Below are positions 36,019 through 47,900 of a stretch of 64,000 nt of DNA, piece by piece. Position numbers and translations under genes: made by a program. Every line of letters begins with the position of its first letter. The first letter of the stretch is position 1. The DNA is from Azolla caroliniana (Eukaryota; Plantae; Polypodiophyta): contig JBHGNT010000004.1 in NCBI GenBank assembly GCA_043228905.1, forward strand, positions 4,712,001 through 4,776,000. The letters run 5' to 3'. The notes beneath the pieces were generated by a model. It was not told where the DNA came from. It ran no database searches and saw nothing but the letters and a program-made list of their open reading frames with translations.

Positions 36019-37816
36019 ATGTCCTAAACCAGTGGTCACCAAACGCTTGATAGATCACATCAACACCACTGAGTAAAAAAACAAGTTCACATCCACAACT
36101 TGCTTTGATGATTAAGTTAATTGCCAACCACATGATTATGTTTGGAGAGCCCTCTTACATCCGTTAAATTGCATATTGGCCCAAGGACAAAATTATTCAT
36201 TTTGAACTAATAATTATTTTATTCTTTTGTGTATCTATAACCATTGTGTAACTCCGAAGTAGTAATAATTGTGTTCCTGAAATGGAAACATATCATGTTG
36301 ATACCTAAAATTTAAAATCATTGTATAATGCCAATTGTAAGATGTTGAATACATTATAATAACTCTCCCTTATTTTTGCTTAAGATTATGCCTTGCTGAG
36401 AACGTCCAATATTATTGTTGATTTTAAAAAGTCTTCACAAATTATTGTAAAGCACAATCTGAAAGCATTGCCTTTTCTCATCTCCCAAATGATTGATCGT
36501 AGACTCACAAATGTATCGTGTTCAAATCAATGAAATTGAAATATATAAACATGATCGGGTAGTGGTTTATGTTGCACGATGGTTGTGAGTTCACATTTTG
36601 AACAATTACATTTACATTGTCTTTAATTATAAGTATTGCTTTTTCAATGAGTTGAGTTTGTGAGAGATTGTCGGGTCAATGCATCAAATTTGAATATTCA
36701 GAGAACTGATGCTTGTTCAATCAATGAAGAAGCATGCAAATAAGGTACAATATGTTTAACAAAACTCGCATGGAAATGAATCAATATACTATTGTCTTAT
36801 TAACTATATCCAAACATGTTTATCATAGAAAATGGGTGATGGGTAGAGATAGACACCTCTTGGCAACACGCATGTAAAATCGAGATGTCATCATGGGACA
36901 TAAAAACATGCTCTCTCAATTTAAATATGCACTCTCAATAGCAACATTCTTTTAAAGTAAAATTTTGAACATGAGAATGTCTAATCAATTCCAACATATC
37001 ACCTAAAAAATACTTCACTTTGGATCTAATTGGTGATAATGTGGATAATAAAATCTATCTCGGCTCTCCTATCTCTCTTACCCATGAACAAAGACAAACA
37101 ACTTTCCTTAGAGATGGCCACATAGATGACGTCATTCCCTCCTCCCTCTTTAACTCTTTGGGCACAAAACGTACAAGAACATGCTCATTATACCAAGCAT
37201 TAACATGGTTACAACTAGGGTTTTAGTGACCTATGCCAAGCTTAACCTAAATACGATGTAATATGTCGTCGACCTCTCCTTTGTCTTTCTTTGACTACAA
37301 AGATTCATGCACCATTCAACATGTCTTCAGTCTCTCCTTGGTTGTTCTTATAATGCTTTAATTAAGTCTCCTTTATATCATCTTTTGAGTTAGGTCCTCT
37401 TCTAATAATGTGATAGTGATGAGACCCTATCACATGTAAATTTGCATGTATTTTCTTCTAAGCTTGGCATGTGGCCAATCATCGGCCCACTTCCAATGTT
37501 TCTCCTAAGAAGCACAAACATTAGTTCCCAATTACAATTTCTTTTCATTTCCTTATTTTTCACATCTTGCTTGTTCATTATACAATCATTGCTTCTAACA
37601 GCTTGTTCCTCTAGTGTTTCATGATCTCACGTACGAAATTGTTCAATAGTATTTTTTGTGGAATGTTAAGACCAACTTTTTTTTTACGAAATTGTTCAAT
37701 ATTATTTACTTCGCGATGTCGTAGTGTATTTCGTACACTACGTGAAAAAGTAAAAATAATATAACCGATTTAATTACATATAAATAAATAAAATAATATA
37801 TCAAGATATTTATCAC

Positions 37817-37885
37817 GTGCATAGGGCAGGATTCGAACCCTGTACCTCCACGTAGCCAAACCTCAACTTTACCATTATGCTACCT
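37817..37885 (-). promoter_or_regulatory. tRNA-like Pol III A-box/B-box module inside the LTR of element F
   Basis: Minus strand: ggTAGCATAATGGtaaagttgaggtttggctacgtggaggtacagGGTTCGAATCCtgccctatgcac. Consensus A and B boxes at tRNA spacing, T-stem cagg/cctg; acceptor and anticodon stems do not pair well. Confidence 0.7.
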
Positions 37886-38763
37886 TATCTTTAGTGTTCT
37901 ACAAATAGATTTAATAAGTATAAGTCCTTTATTTGCACCTACCTTTATTAAAAGGTAAATCGTGCATTTTTAGAGTGCGTGAATATTTTATAGAAAAACG
38001 CAAGCAACTAAAAAGTGACTCATGCACATCTAGCGTGCATGAGCACTATATTTAGCAAATAAAAGCAAGGATTAGAAAAGCATCACATGCACGATCCGAA
38101 GCCGAAAGGCACGACAGCGAGCCACGACCTTAGGGGAAGATCACTCCTCAAGTTGAACCTTAGGCTCTGTTCACAAGTTTTATGCTGTTGTGCTTTGCAT
38201 TGAAGCAAGTCTATGTATTCTCATAAGCATTATGTACCATCGATTGGATATGGATAAGACACTAAATGATGAAGCAATCTTTACACTTGTTTGTCATCAG
38301 GTCTGATTTTGGATTCATCTCCCTCAAAGATGTGTGGTGATTTAGGTGGTGCAACAATATGCAAGTTTTCTAGATTTAGATGTCTGTAGCTTCCATTTCT
38401 ACTAGAAGTTGTTTGAATACCCTGCTTTAGCATCACAACGAGCCTCTATTCCTTGTCCTCATTTCCCTATGTTCATTTCATAAGATATTTCCAAGAATAC
38501 AACTACCATTTGCTTAAATATGATGCGAGAAAACCTCATCATTGAGTGAGACATCGTAATCCACTAAGTGTCCTAGTGTATACGATGGGAAATCCTTTAT
38601 TTTCTTTATTTTCTTACTGTTTAGGGTAACTTCCTTTTATTCTTCTTCTTTTGCTTGAAGTCTAGGGTTCAAGAGGAGTGTGAGAGTGGAGTTGGATTAC
38701 TCCTTCCTATTGCCCGAAAAGGATTCAAGGTTCAAGAGGATATTAGAGAGCCATGGAAGAGCT

Positions 38764-38961
38764 TTCACCTCCTCGCCACATGAAATAGGGCATTAACCCT
38801 AAGGTTGTTCAACAAATGTTGATATTCACGATCTTGCATGTACCATGGAATATCAAACCAATCCCAAGAGCATTCACCTCCTCGTCACATGAAATAGGGC
38901 ATTAACCCTAAGGTTGTTCAATGAATGTTGATATTCACGATACTGCATGTACCATGGAATA
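38764..38961. repeat. Direct duplication of ~88 bp (period 110 bp)
   Basis: ttcacctcctcg.cacatgaaatagggcattaaccctaaggttgttcaa...gcatgtaccatggaata occurs twice. Confidence 0.9.
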
Positions 38962-39299
38962 CTACAATCTCACACATTGAAGATGATTGAGCTACAAAAG
39001 GAAAATGTTGATATAGGGATACTTGAGTCATCTATTGCGCCATACTCTAAACTTGTGGTCACTGTGCGGGCAAGAAGAATGGGAGTTTGGGCATTATTCA
39101 AGACCTACAACTTGTCAACAAAGTGAGAATGCGCAATGCGGGGGTTGGACCAAACATAGATGAATTTGTCGAGGCATTTGTAGGGAGTTTAATCTACTCG
39201 GTTAGAGATCTATACTCTAGTTATATCATTTGTTCCACCTAACAATGGAAAGTAAAGATATTGGGACTATGCTAACCTTGATGGTCTAGTGCAGATGAT

Positions 39300-40214
39300 A
39301 TTGGAATATTGGTGCAGGATCCTCGGTGTCCATGACTCGTCATTGGTCATTAAAAAATATTGAACTTAATAATCTAGTTTGCCCATGACAAAGAGATATT
39401 TACGTGGGACCAAGAATATCGTGTATTGTAGAGGAGAGATGGCAAGGCAAATTGCATGAGCTACAAGTTGGTATGTTGGTTACAACATTAGCTGGTGTTG
39501 ATGAGTTGGGCCATCCCTTTTGGATTGCTAAAATTCTTGAAATTATTAAGGATGAAGAAGGCCATCAAGTTCAAACCATTGTGTTTCATTGGTATCATAT
39601 ATGTTCCCCAGATGCATTTACTGGGAAGTACTCTTTGGAGATGGTTAAGGATGTTGAAGGCAAAAGTAGAAAGTGGAGAAGAAAGAATCTACTGAGCATG
39701 TTTACTCTCACACTTGATACTGTAGACATACTATTGTATGACTTCTCCTTGACCAAAATAGGCCATCTAAGATAGACCACAATCAAGATAATAAAATAGA
39801 AGATCCCAAATGTGGCTCCCAACATGACACAAAGACTAACAAGGAGCATGTCTCATAATCACGACGACATTGGATTGCAATTGGATGAAGACAATGTGTT
39901 GGTTGCTAGTGGTGATGAGGATGAGGCTTCACAAAGCTCTTCTAGCTCATCGAATGTGTCTAAAAATGATGGCATAGCTTTGGGAAGTGATTGTTCTAAT
40001 ACATGAACTATAAATATTGTATTTTATATCAAAATGTCGATTCACGAATATGTATAAATATAAGTGGCAGTCCATTTGTAAATTTTGTACATTCTTTTGT
40101 AAGTTTTGCGTGTCTATTATTTAAGCATTTTTGGAAAGCCCTAAACTTTTGGACATGCTAAAAATCAATATATTTTGGGTCAATTTTGAAAAACCTTTAC
40201 ACATGCGGCACCCC
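39300..40214 (+). mobile_element. Unassigned inserted fragment (probable DNA-transposon 3' end) with a BAH/Tudor-like coding remnant
   Basis: Lies between the RT and integrase remnants of element F. ORF 39404-39775 reads LQVGMLV..GHPFWIAKILEI..IVFHWY, followed after a stop by an acidic/Ser-rich tail, an AT-rich 3' region and a possible terminus ...acacatgcggcacccc. Confidence 0.4.
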
Positions 40215-43200
40215 TTTTTGTGAAACGACCACTTTTGTACTTGTTTTTTACGGACAATTCTTAAAATGCGACGTATTACTTGTTTCAAATGACCTAGTGT
40301 TTGAAGATGTCATTCTCGATTTCAATTTTATTAAGATGGCTTGAACATTTGCTAAAGAACAAAATGTGCAAGTGGTCAACATCTTCAACGAAAGTGAATA
40401 TCAAGGGGAGTGGTTGCATATAGGCAGATTTGTAAGCTCAATGATGGCAAACGCTTCATGATCCAAGGAGGAGGCACAAAAAATCCGAAACAAGCCTTAC
40501 AAGTAGTTATTGCAAGGAGGGCATCTTGAAATGCACCAAAGGAAGAGGATGGGGGCACCACTAAGGGTGGTTTGTATAAATGAGGAACAAATAACTTTAG
40601 TGTATGAGTTCCATGAAAATATATGGGTAGACCATATAGGTAATTGGGCAACTTTCATGAAGTTGAAGGAGAAGTATCAGTGGCCAGGATAGATGTTCCC
40701 CATTTCATAAGGACATGTGAAAGTTGCCAAATGCACTCGAATGTGCGGCATAAAGGTGAGACTATTGCACCCAACCTACCCACTAGCCATACACTTTGAA
40801 TGGATGGTGGGCCTAATATCCATGTGGATGGGTGTAGGCCAAATGATGTACCTAATGCTTGTGATAGAGAAACTTATTAAGTAGATATATGGAAGATATC
40901 TAAAGAACAAAACCATGATGACGATGTGAAAGTTCCTAGTAGAAAACGTCGTATGCCGATACAGGTGTGTGGGGAAGATAATGGTAAATACAGGATAGTT
41001 GAATGCTAATGAAGCCACAGAGCTCTTCAAGCAAGTAGGAGTAAAACTCTCCCTTATAATTACTTATAACCTTGAGGGCAATGGGATGATAGAGTGTGTG
41101 CATGGTCCCATAGTCAAAGCCATCATTAATGTCACAAAAATCAAACCTGTAACCTTTAAACAAGAGTCTTACTCTCTAACCATCACACCACTTTACTTTA
41201 ATTAACAAATATTTCATATTATTATTATTTAGAGTTATGTGGCATTGTACACAATGGATGATTGCCAAATGGCATGCTAGCGTGTATGCCAAGTGGCACA
41301 CATCATGTATGCCAAGTGACAATCCTACACGATCCCATGTATGTTATATAAGTGGAAGACCTGCTTAGTGTTCAACCATTCTGGTTCAACGCCAATCTTC
41401 ATCACCCTTGTCATCTTGGTCTCCTGTGTTGCGAAAATACGACAAAGATATGTGAACTTGAGGCAGGATCCCGGGGCCTCCGACTAGAGTATACCAAATT
41501 TGTGCGGTTATACTTTAGGAATTAACGGAAATGAGAAAGTTTAATAAATTTTATTAGCAAAGAAAAAGAAAAATTACAATCTATCCCAAGATTGGGATTA
41601 CAAAAGTTTAGTTTTAAAGAGATTAATAGATAAGAAAAATTAGGGTTTTTGAGAAATAGGGCTTCCACAAAATCTTAAGAAAAAAAAAAACCCTATTACA
41701 TTGTGCTTTCCACCCTTATATAGTGATGGGAGAGTTCGCACATAACAATCCATGCTTTTTCTAATATAGACTTCATGCTTTTTCTTCTAATAATAGCGTT
41801 AATGCATGACCTTACTTTAGTTGCATGCATTCATACAATTCAACCTGTACATGATCAATATAGTCGTCCCGCCCGATCCGCACGTCATGACCGACCGATC
41901 CACGGGTCCCAACCGTTCCGACCGTCCCATACCAGACGTTTTGAACCGTCCTCCAAAATCGTTCCAAACAATTCTGACCAAATCACTCGAACTATTGTGT
42001 GCTCCAAACAAACACATATGAAGTAATAAGTTAAGGGTTTGCTTATATATTGTTGGATCTGACGTTGTCCTATCTATGTGGGATATCTCACAATTTTGTT
42101 TTCCTCATCTTCTCAACTTCATACTCACATAACTTGATACATAGTTATATGTTTCATATGTAGTAAAATGCGTTCAGAAGCTCTTGAAGATGTCCATCTT
42201 TCTATACCAAGCCATTAAGCTAATCTAAAATAATTATTTCTATACCAAGACATTAAGCTCCAACTGTCGAATCCTCAATGCTAGTAGATCTTCTCTTCTT
42301 ATCTAATCTTTCCATGGCAATACTAGCCATGAAACAATACTTTGTTCCACTGGTATTATCGGCTTCTGTCCGAATATGAGCTCAGCCGGCATGTATTCCG
42401 TCACCGTGATATGAGTAGTCTTGTCAGCCCATAGTGCAAATGGCAATAGGCATGGTTATTCTCCTATTTTTCCATGGCAACCTTTCTCTAGAGCCTTCAC
42501 AATTAGTCCATGTTTCCGTTCCACTTTCCCATTCGCTTCCGGATTATACGCCATGGTAAGAGATAACTTGATCCCCATCCTGGTCAAGAATTCTCTAGCT
42601 TCATTGGCATCCAACTCGCCTCTATCAGCCACTATCTTGCCGATGCATCCATATCTGCAAATAACATCTTCAAGAAGGAATCTGCATATTGATGATGTCT
42701 CCTTAGTTCTCAATGCTCGCCCTTCAACTTGATTGGTAAGATCCTCTCTCGCGAGCACAAAATACCTCATCTGCCATCGCCCCATTGGCATCATTACGAT
42801 GTCCACCATCCACTTGTAATGCATAGCGAACAGATAAGTCAGATGAAGTTCATCTCAATGGCGAATATTCGAAAACATATGACATTCCTTACATGTTTCT
42901 ATGTAAGCTGCCACATCCTTGTAGATGCTCGACCACCAATATTTCTCCTTCATATTTGCGAATGTAGCCCATATTCCCCGATGGCCTGCAAAAACACTAT
43001 CATAAAATTCGAACATCAGTTTTTGTTGGTCTTCCAGCTTGCAGAAAACTCTCATTGGAGTTCCATTCTTCTTTTTCACATGCCTCCAAAGAGCTCCATC
43101 CTTCTTCCGAATTCGGTGGAAGTCTTCTGTCAACCAGAACTCATCTCTTTGGAGAGAACTCAAGAATTTCCCGATCTCCACGAATTCGCCTTCGTAGTCC

Positions 43201-44927
43201 TCTTTTATGAAAGTAATCAGCACCCGAGCGTAGGAACTTGTAAAGAAATCCAAGCAAACATCCTCTTCATCAGAACGTCGATCTTCTTCTCCGTCATATC
43301 TCGCTCGTGATAGCATGTCTGCAATGACATTATGCTTCCAACTACATGACGGATCTCCAGGTTCAATGATTTGATATATGCGATCCAACGTAACATGGCA
43401 ATATCTAGTGTATTACAACCAGATATCATACCCAAGATTGGTAGGCAATCTGTCTCGATTATGACTTCTGCATCAATAAGGTAGTCACGATCAGACTTGA
43501 TCGCCGATATGATTCCCCATAGCTCCCTCTTCACTTGGGCATACATTCTTTGCCTGTCACTTAACACTTTCGCACCAAACCGAATTGCATATCGGTTACA
43601 ATCTTCGTCTTCTTGGTTGATAACCCATCTGATTCCGGTCGGACTAGTATCCACAGTCACGAAAATGGGCTTGTCGTCTGAATACTCCGCCTTCATTAAT
43701 GCAGGTGCCTCCATTAGTAATTTCTTTAGCCTTTGGATGGCGAAAGTATGCTTGTTCATCCATTCGAACCTCCACTTCTTCTTCAACAGACCATACAATG
43801 GCTCAACAATGTGGGCATAGTGTGGAATCCAAATATGATAAAACGCGCATGCTCCAAGGAACCTTCGAACCTTCGTTCGGGTTACATATTCTTCTTTCAT
43901 ATCTTGGATCGCATTCACCTTGGATGGCGAAGGCTTTCGGCCATATGCTCCACACAAGTGACCTACCACCAAGATCTCTAGTTGCCTGAATGCGGATTTT
44001 TCTCTCGAAAGTGTCAAATTCGCATCTTCGGGCCTTTGCAGCACCTTCTCACAATACTTCATATGATCCATGATGAACTTTCTACATTTATCCTTATCTT
44101 TCGATTCATCCTTCTCCTCATCCAAACATCCTTTTATCGGAATATCATCCAAGAAAGGCATCGTGATTCCACATGCCTTGCGTCTTCTTCTTCCACAATC
44201 TTTTTAAGCCCGCCTCTTCCGAAGTTCACTCATAGTGGCTTCCGAGTCTTGTTCGAGTGGACCATGTTGTCATCCAAATAGACGACGTTCTTGCAAATCG
44301 CGTCTTGCAAGTCAGCACACTCCCTTCGTGAGTGCTCGAAGCTGTCACACCACACACATCTAAACGCTTCTTTTTCCTTGGACCCACATCGACCTAAGTT
44401 GGCCAACGATACTGCTTCAAACTTCTTGGAGAGCTCTTCGATTATAGATTCTTCAATCGCTTTCTTCTCAAAATTATTGATCAGCTTGCTAGGCTCGATC
44501 GTCACAGGCACATTCCTCCTCCACGATTGTGGATTCTCCACGTCAGTTTCTTCTAGCCATTGTCGACGCTTGTCAAGACAACTGCAAGCCTTCTTCACCG
44601 CTGCCCAGTCCGCTACCAAGCCATTTGGTTGCGTTTCATTCTCCAAAAAGATACCCACTTCTCGTCGGTCTTTCGTATCCACCGCCTTCAGGAACAATAG
44701 AATTTTATCTCCATCAAGAACTTGTTGATCCACATTCGGAAGTCGGTTGTACTTCTGGTCGAATTTCGCATATACTCCCGATGCACACAGATTCTTCCCT
44801 TTCTTCTTGATCCAAATCATTAGCGTATGCCAAGTCATCCTTGACGCATCTTCAAGCATGTTTCCAGCAACAAGAGCCTTCTCAAACTCCTCCCAAGTTC
44901 TATGCTTGTTTTGGATCTCCGTGACGC

Positions 44928-47900
44928 TGTCGGGCCTTTCGGCGCCAGATCATTTGCGTGAGTCGGGTGGGAACCGTTGTCGTGAAGAAAACCAGCCATA
45001 GGCAGAATCGAAGAAAAAGGCGCATGAACCGGCTCTTACATGGGTGGACGCGAGAATTGATATTTTGTACATGATTCATAATTAGGTCGGCTGATGTAAA
45101 TACTAGGTAGTACACATTTATTAGGGGATTTGTGCGTATCTCTATCAAAAGGGACAGGGAATAAACTATTTAAGGAGGGAGAGAAGGAAGAAAAAGTATC
45201 GCGCATTGGCGAGGACGAAGTGCTGTTGCAGAACCGAGTGCCGAGCTCTCTCTCCTCCGATCGTCGTTCTCTATGGGTGCCGGGAGTTCGCTGCCTCTAC
45301 TTCGTGGACAACCCGTGTGCTTCCAGCAGAGGCTCCCCCGCCCTTTCTTTGGTTTCTTCGAGTCGAGTGGCTGTCGTCTTTGTGCGTGAATAGGACCCTG
45401 TGTCAGGTCCATTACCGATTTGCCGGTTGTAACTGTTCGAGTTGTAAGCTACTGATTATAGTAATCGGATTCTTGTTTCCTGCTCTTATTTCTATCTATG
45501 TATCTGCAACTCTCTCTCTCTCTCTCTCTCTCCTTGGTCCAAGACCCCTGTGGTTCCGCCTCGTCATACACGCGAACGCGAAACTTCGCGACATAATTGG
45601 TGAACCCGACGTGAACAAGCGGAAAAGGAGTCGGAAGATGAGGGGATCGGAGCTAGCAGAGGCAATGGCGGTAGCCATCGACCGGCTGGTGAGTGCTCGC
45701 GAGGGGACGGGCCGAAATGATCATGAGGGATATCCCGACGGACAGGCAGTTGTCCGGATTCCCTCAGGTGGTGACGCCGAGCATCCACGCGGAGGTACTG
45801 GCCGGATGCCAGACTTGGGAGGAGTTCGAGCTGCAACTCCTCGAGAAGTACGGGTTTGATGACTCGCTTCGGCTGTCGAGGCGGGACTTCATGGCGTGGG
45901 TGGAAAACCCTAGAAAAGGGAGGAACACGTCGGCGCTCCTCCAGGAGTTCGAAAAACGATTCACGTGGCTGTCAACGCTAGACCGGACCGTGCTCGAAAC
46001 GAGTCGAGTACTACTATTTGTCAAGTTGGTGGACGCACTCGACAGGGAAAAGGTGGGTCCCCTATTGGAGACGGACGAAGGGCTCACGGCAAACTGGGCC
46101 GTGGTAAAACGGGTTTGCAGCCGTTTTGACAAACAACGCAAGTGGAGCGACGAAAGCTCGTCGGAGTCAGGACCGGTCCCGACAAGGAGGCTCGAGGAGC
46201 CGGTATCGGTGCCAGCCGGTAGGAAGGAAGAGACCCGAATTTGGCTGGAGTCGGGGTCGGCATCGAACGACATGGTCAAAGGCCCATTCTCTGGAGGAGC
46301 TGACACAGAGGGTGCGCGACCTGCAGATCACACAGGCCCGGAGAAACAGTGGCGAACAACCTCGCGACCGGAGGCCGCCGGCTAGGCAGCGGTGCATGTG
46401 GTGTCACGCGATCGGTCACATTCGGAAGGATTGCGCGGATTTCTCCGACACACTCAGGACCAACATGGTGTACCTCTGGAACGGGCGGGTGCACACGAGC
46501 GAGACCCGGAGAGCCCTAGAACTGAATATAGGGCGCGGCGGAATGAAGAGGTTGATGGAAGAGGCCGCGGCACGGCATGTAGAAGCCATTAACTACTCGG
46601 TGTCGACGGGAATTTGGGTCGGGGGTGATGAGACCCGGAAGGCGAAGGACTCCGGATTCTGGCCGCTAGTGCTAGAAGGCCTCTCCGGAGTTCGGTTGAA
46701 GAAGGAAGAGGCGGACCGCACGGAACGGCGGGTCCAGGAGGTCACCGGATGGGACGATCCAGTCGAAGAAAAAACAGGCTTCGTAGAAGACGCTTGCCAA
46801 AACTACGAGGTTCTGGTGGAAGACAAACGAGCAGGAAAGGCCGGAGGGGTCGGTCCCCCACAGAGGTACGAGACCCGGTTCAGACTGAAACTGACCGGTG
46901 TCGGCAACCCAGGCGCGCCGAATGGCAAGAAGCAGGCGGGGTTTCGGTTGAGCACCAAAATCGAGAGAGCAACGGACCTACGAAAGGTCCCTGAAGAGCG
47001 GATCCTCGACAATAAAGTGGAGTTGTCGTTGTGGGAGGTGTTGGGAATCGCCAAAAGGGAGTTCCACGACTCCATCGTAGACTTCATGAAGTGGAAGAGG
47101 CTCTCGACGAAGCCGGAACCAGAGAAGTCGGTGGAGGTGCGGACTATGCACTTAGAAGACACGGCCCTAGAAGACGATTTGGCAAAAAGCCACTACACGA
47201 AGCCGCATTGGGCCAGGGCAACTACAGAAACCCCTGTGCGGATTGGCGACGTTCCGGAACCGGTGGTGGCCTTGGTAGACCATGGATCCGAAATCAACCT
47301 GATGTCCATGGATTTCTACAAGAAGGGTAAATGGCCGATCAACACCAAGCATGGGTGGAAGATACGCGCGGCAACGCGTGCTACGGAGGAGCTGCATGGT
47401 GCGTGCCTGTGAATGTACGCGTGAAGATCGGTGACGTCGAGATAGATCGACATTTCTTCGTGCAAGAAACATCCTCGCACCCGGTGATTCTCGGCGAACC
47501 GTACATTACGACAGCACGCATGGAGACGAAGGTGTTGGACAACGGTTCGGCGTACGCGCGTGTCAAGAGCCAAAACGGTCGGCATTCCCTCTAATTCATG
47601 ACCGTACGTCTGAACCATAAGAGGAATCGCGAGACCCTCGGCGGCGACAACCGAGGGGATTTTTAGAGAGGGCATCAAGGCATGGGGCCGCGGTAGTCCG
47701 GACGTACCGGAAGAACGCCACACATGTACAATAGGTAGGAAGTTTTGGTTCTCCGAAAACGGAGGTTGTACTATAGCCGGCGTCAGCGGCCGGGAGAGGA
47801 AGCGAGCGGAGGAGCGGCTCAGGGGATGTGGAGTCCTCTCCCCCAACGAAGAAATCAGCGGCGCCGTGGAAGGCAGTCTCTTTTGACGACACCTTGACTG

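Larger units (their letters stand above)
37717..41129 (+). mobile_element. Old degenerate non-chromovirus Gypsy element F
   Basis: LTR start tgtcgtagtgtatttcgtacactacgtgaaaaa, nearly identical to the reverse complement of 51309-51341. RT remnant at ~39060-39290 (QDLQLVN..RNAG.GP.IDEFVEAF.G..IYSV.DLYS) and integrase remnant at ~40400-41125, both homologous to element I. Confidence 0.75.

Noticed and set aside
33000-37600. Additional genes in the AT-rich interval upstream of the beta-CA-like gene
   Set aside because: Only short ORFs without consistent splice structure or motifs; likely decayed repeats.
37817-37885. Functional tRNA gene
   Set aside because: Acceptor and anticodon stems do not form, so it is kept only as an A/B-box module.
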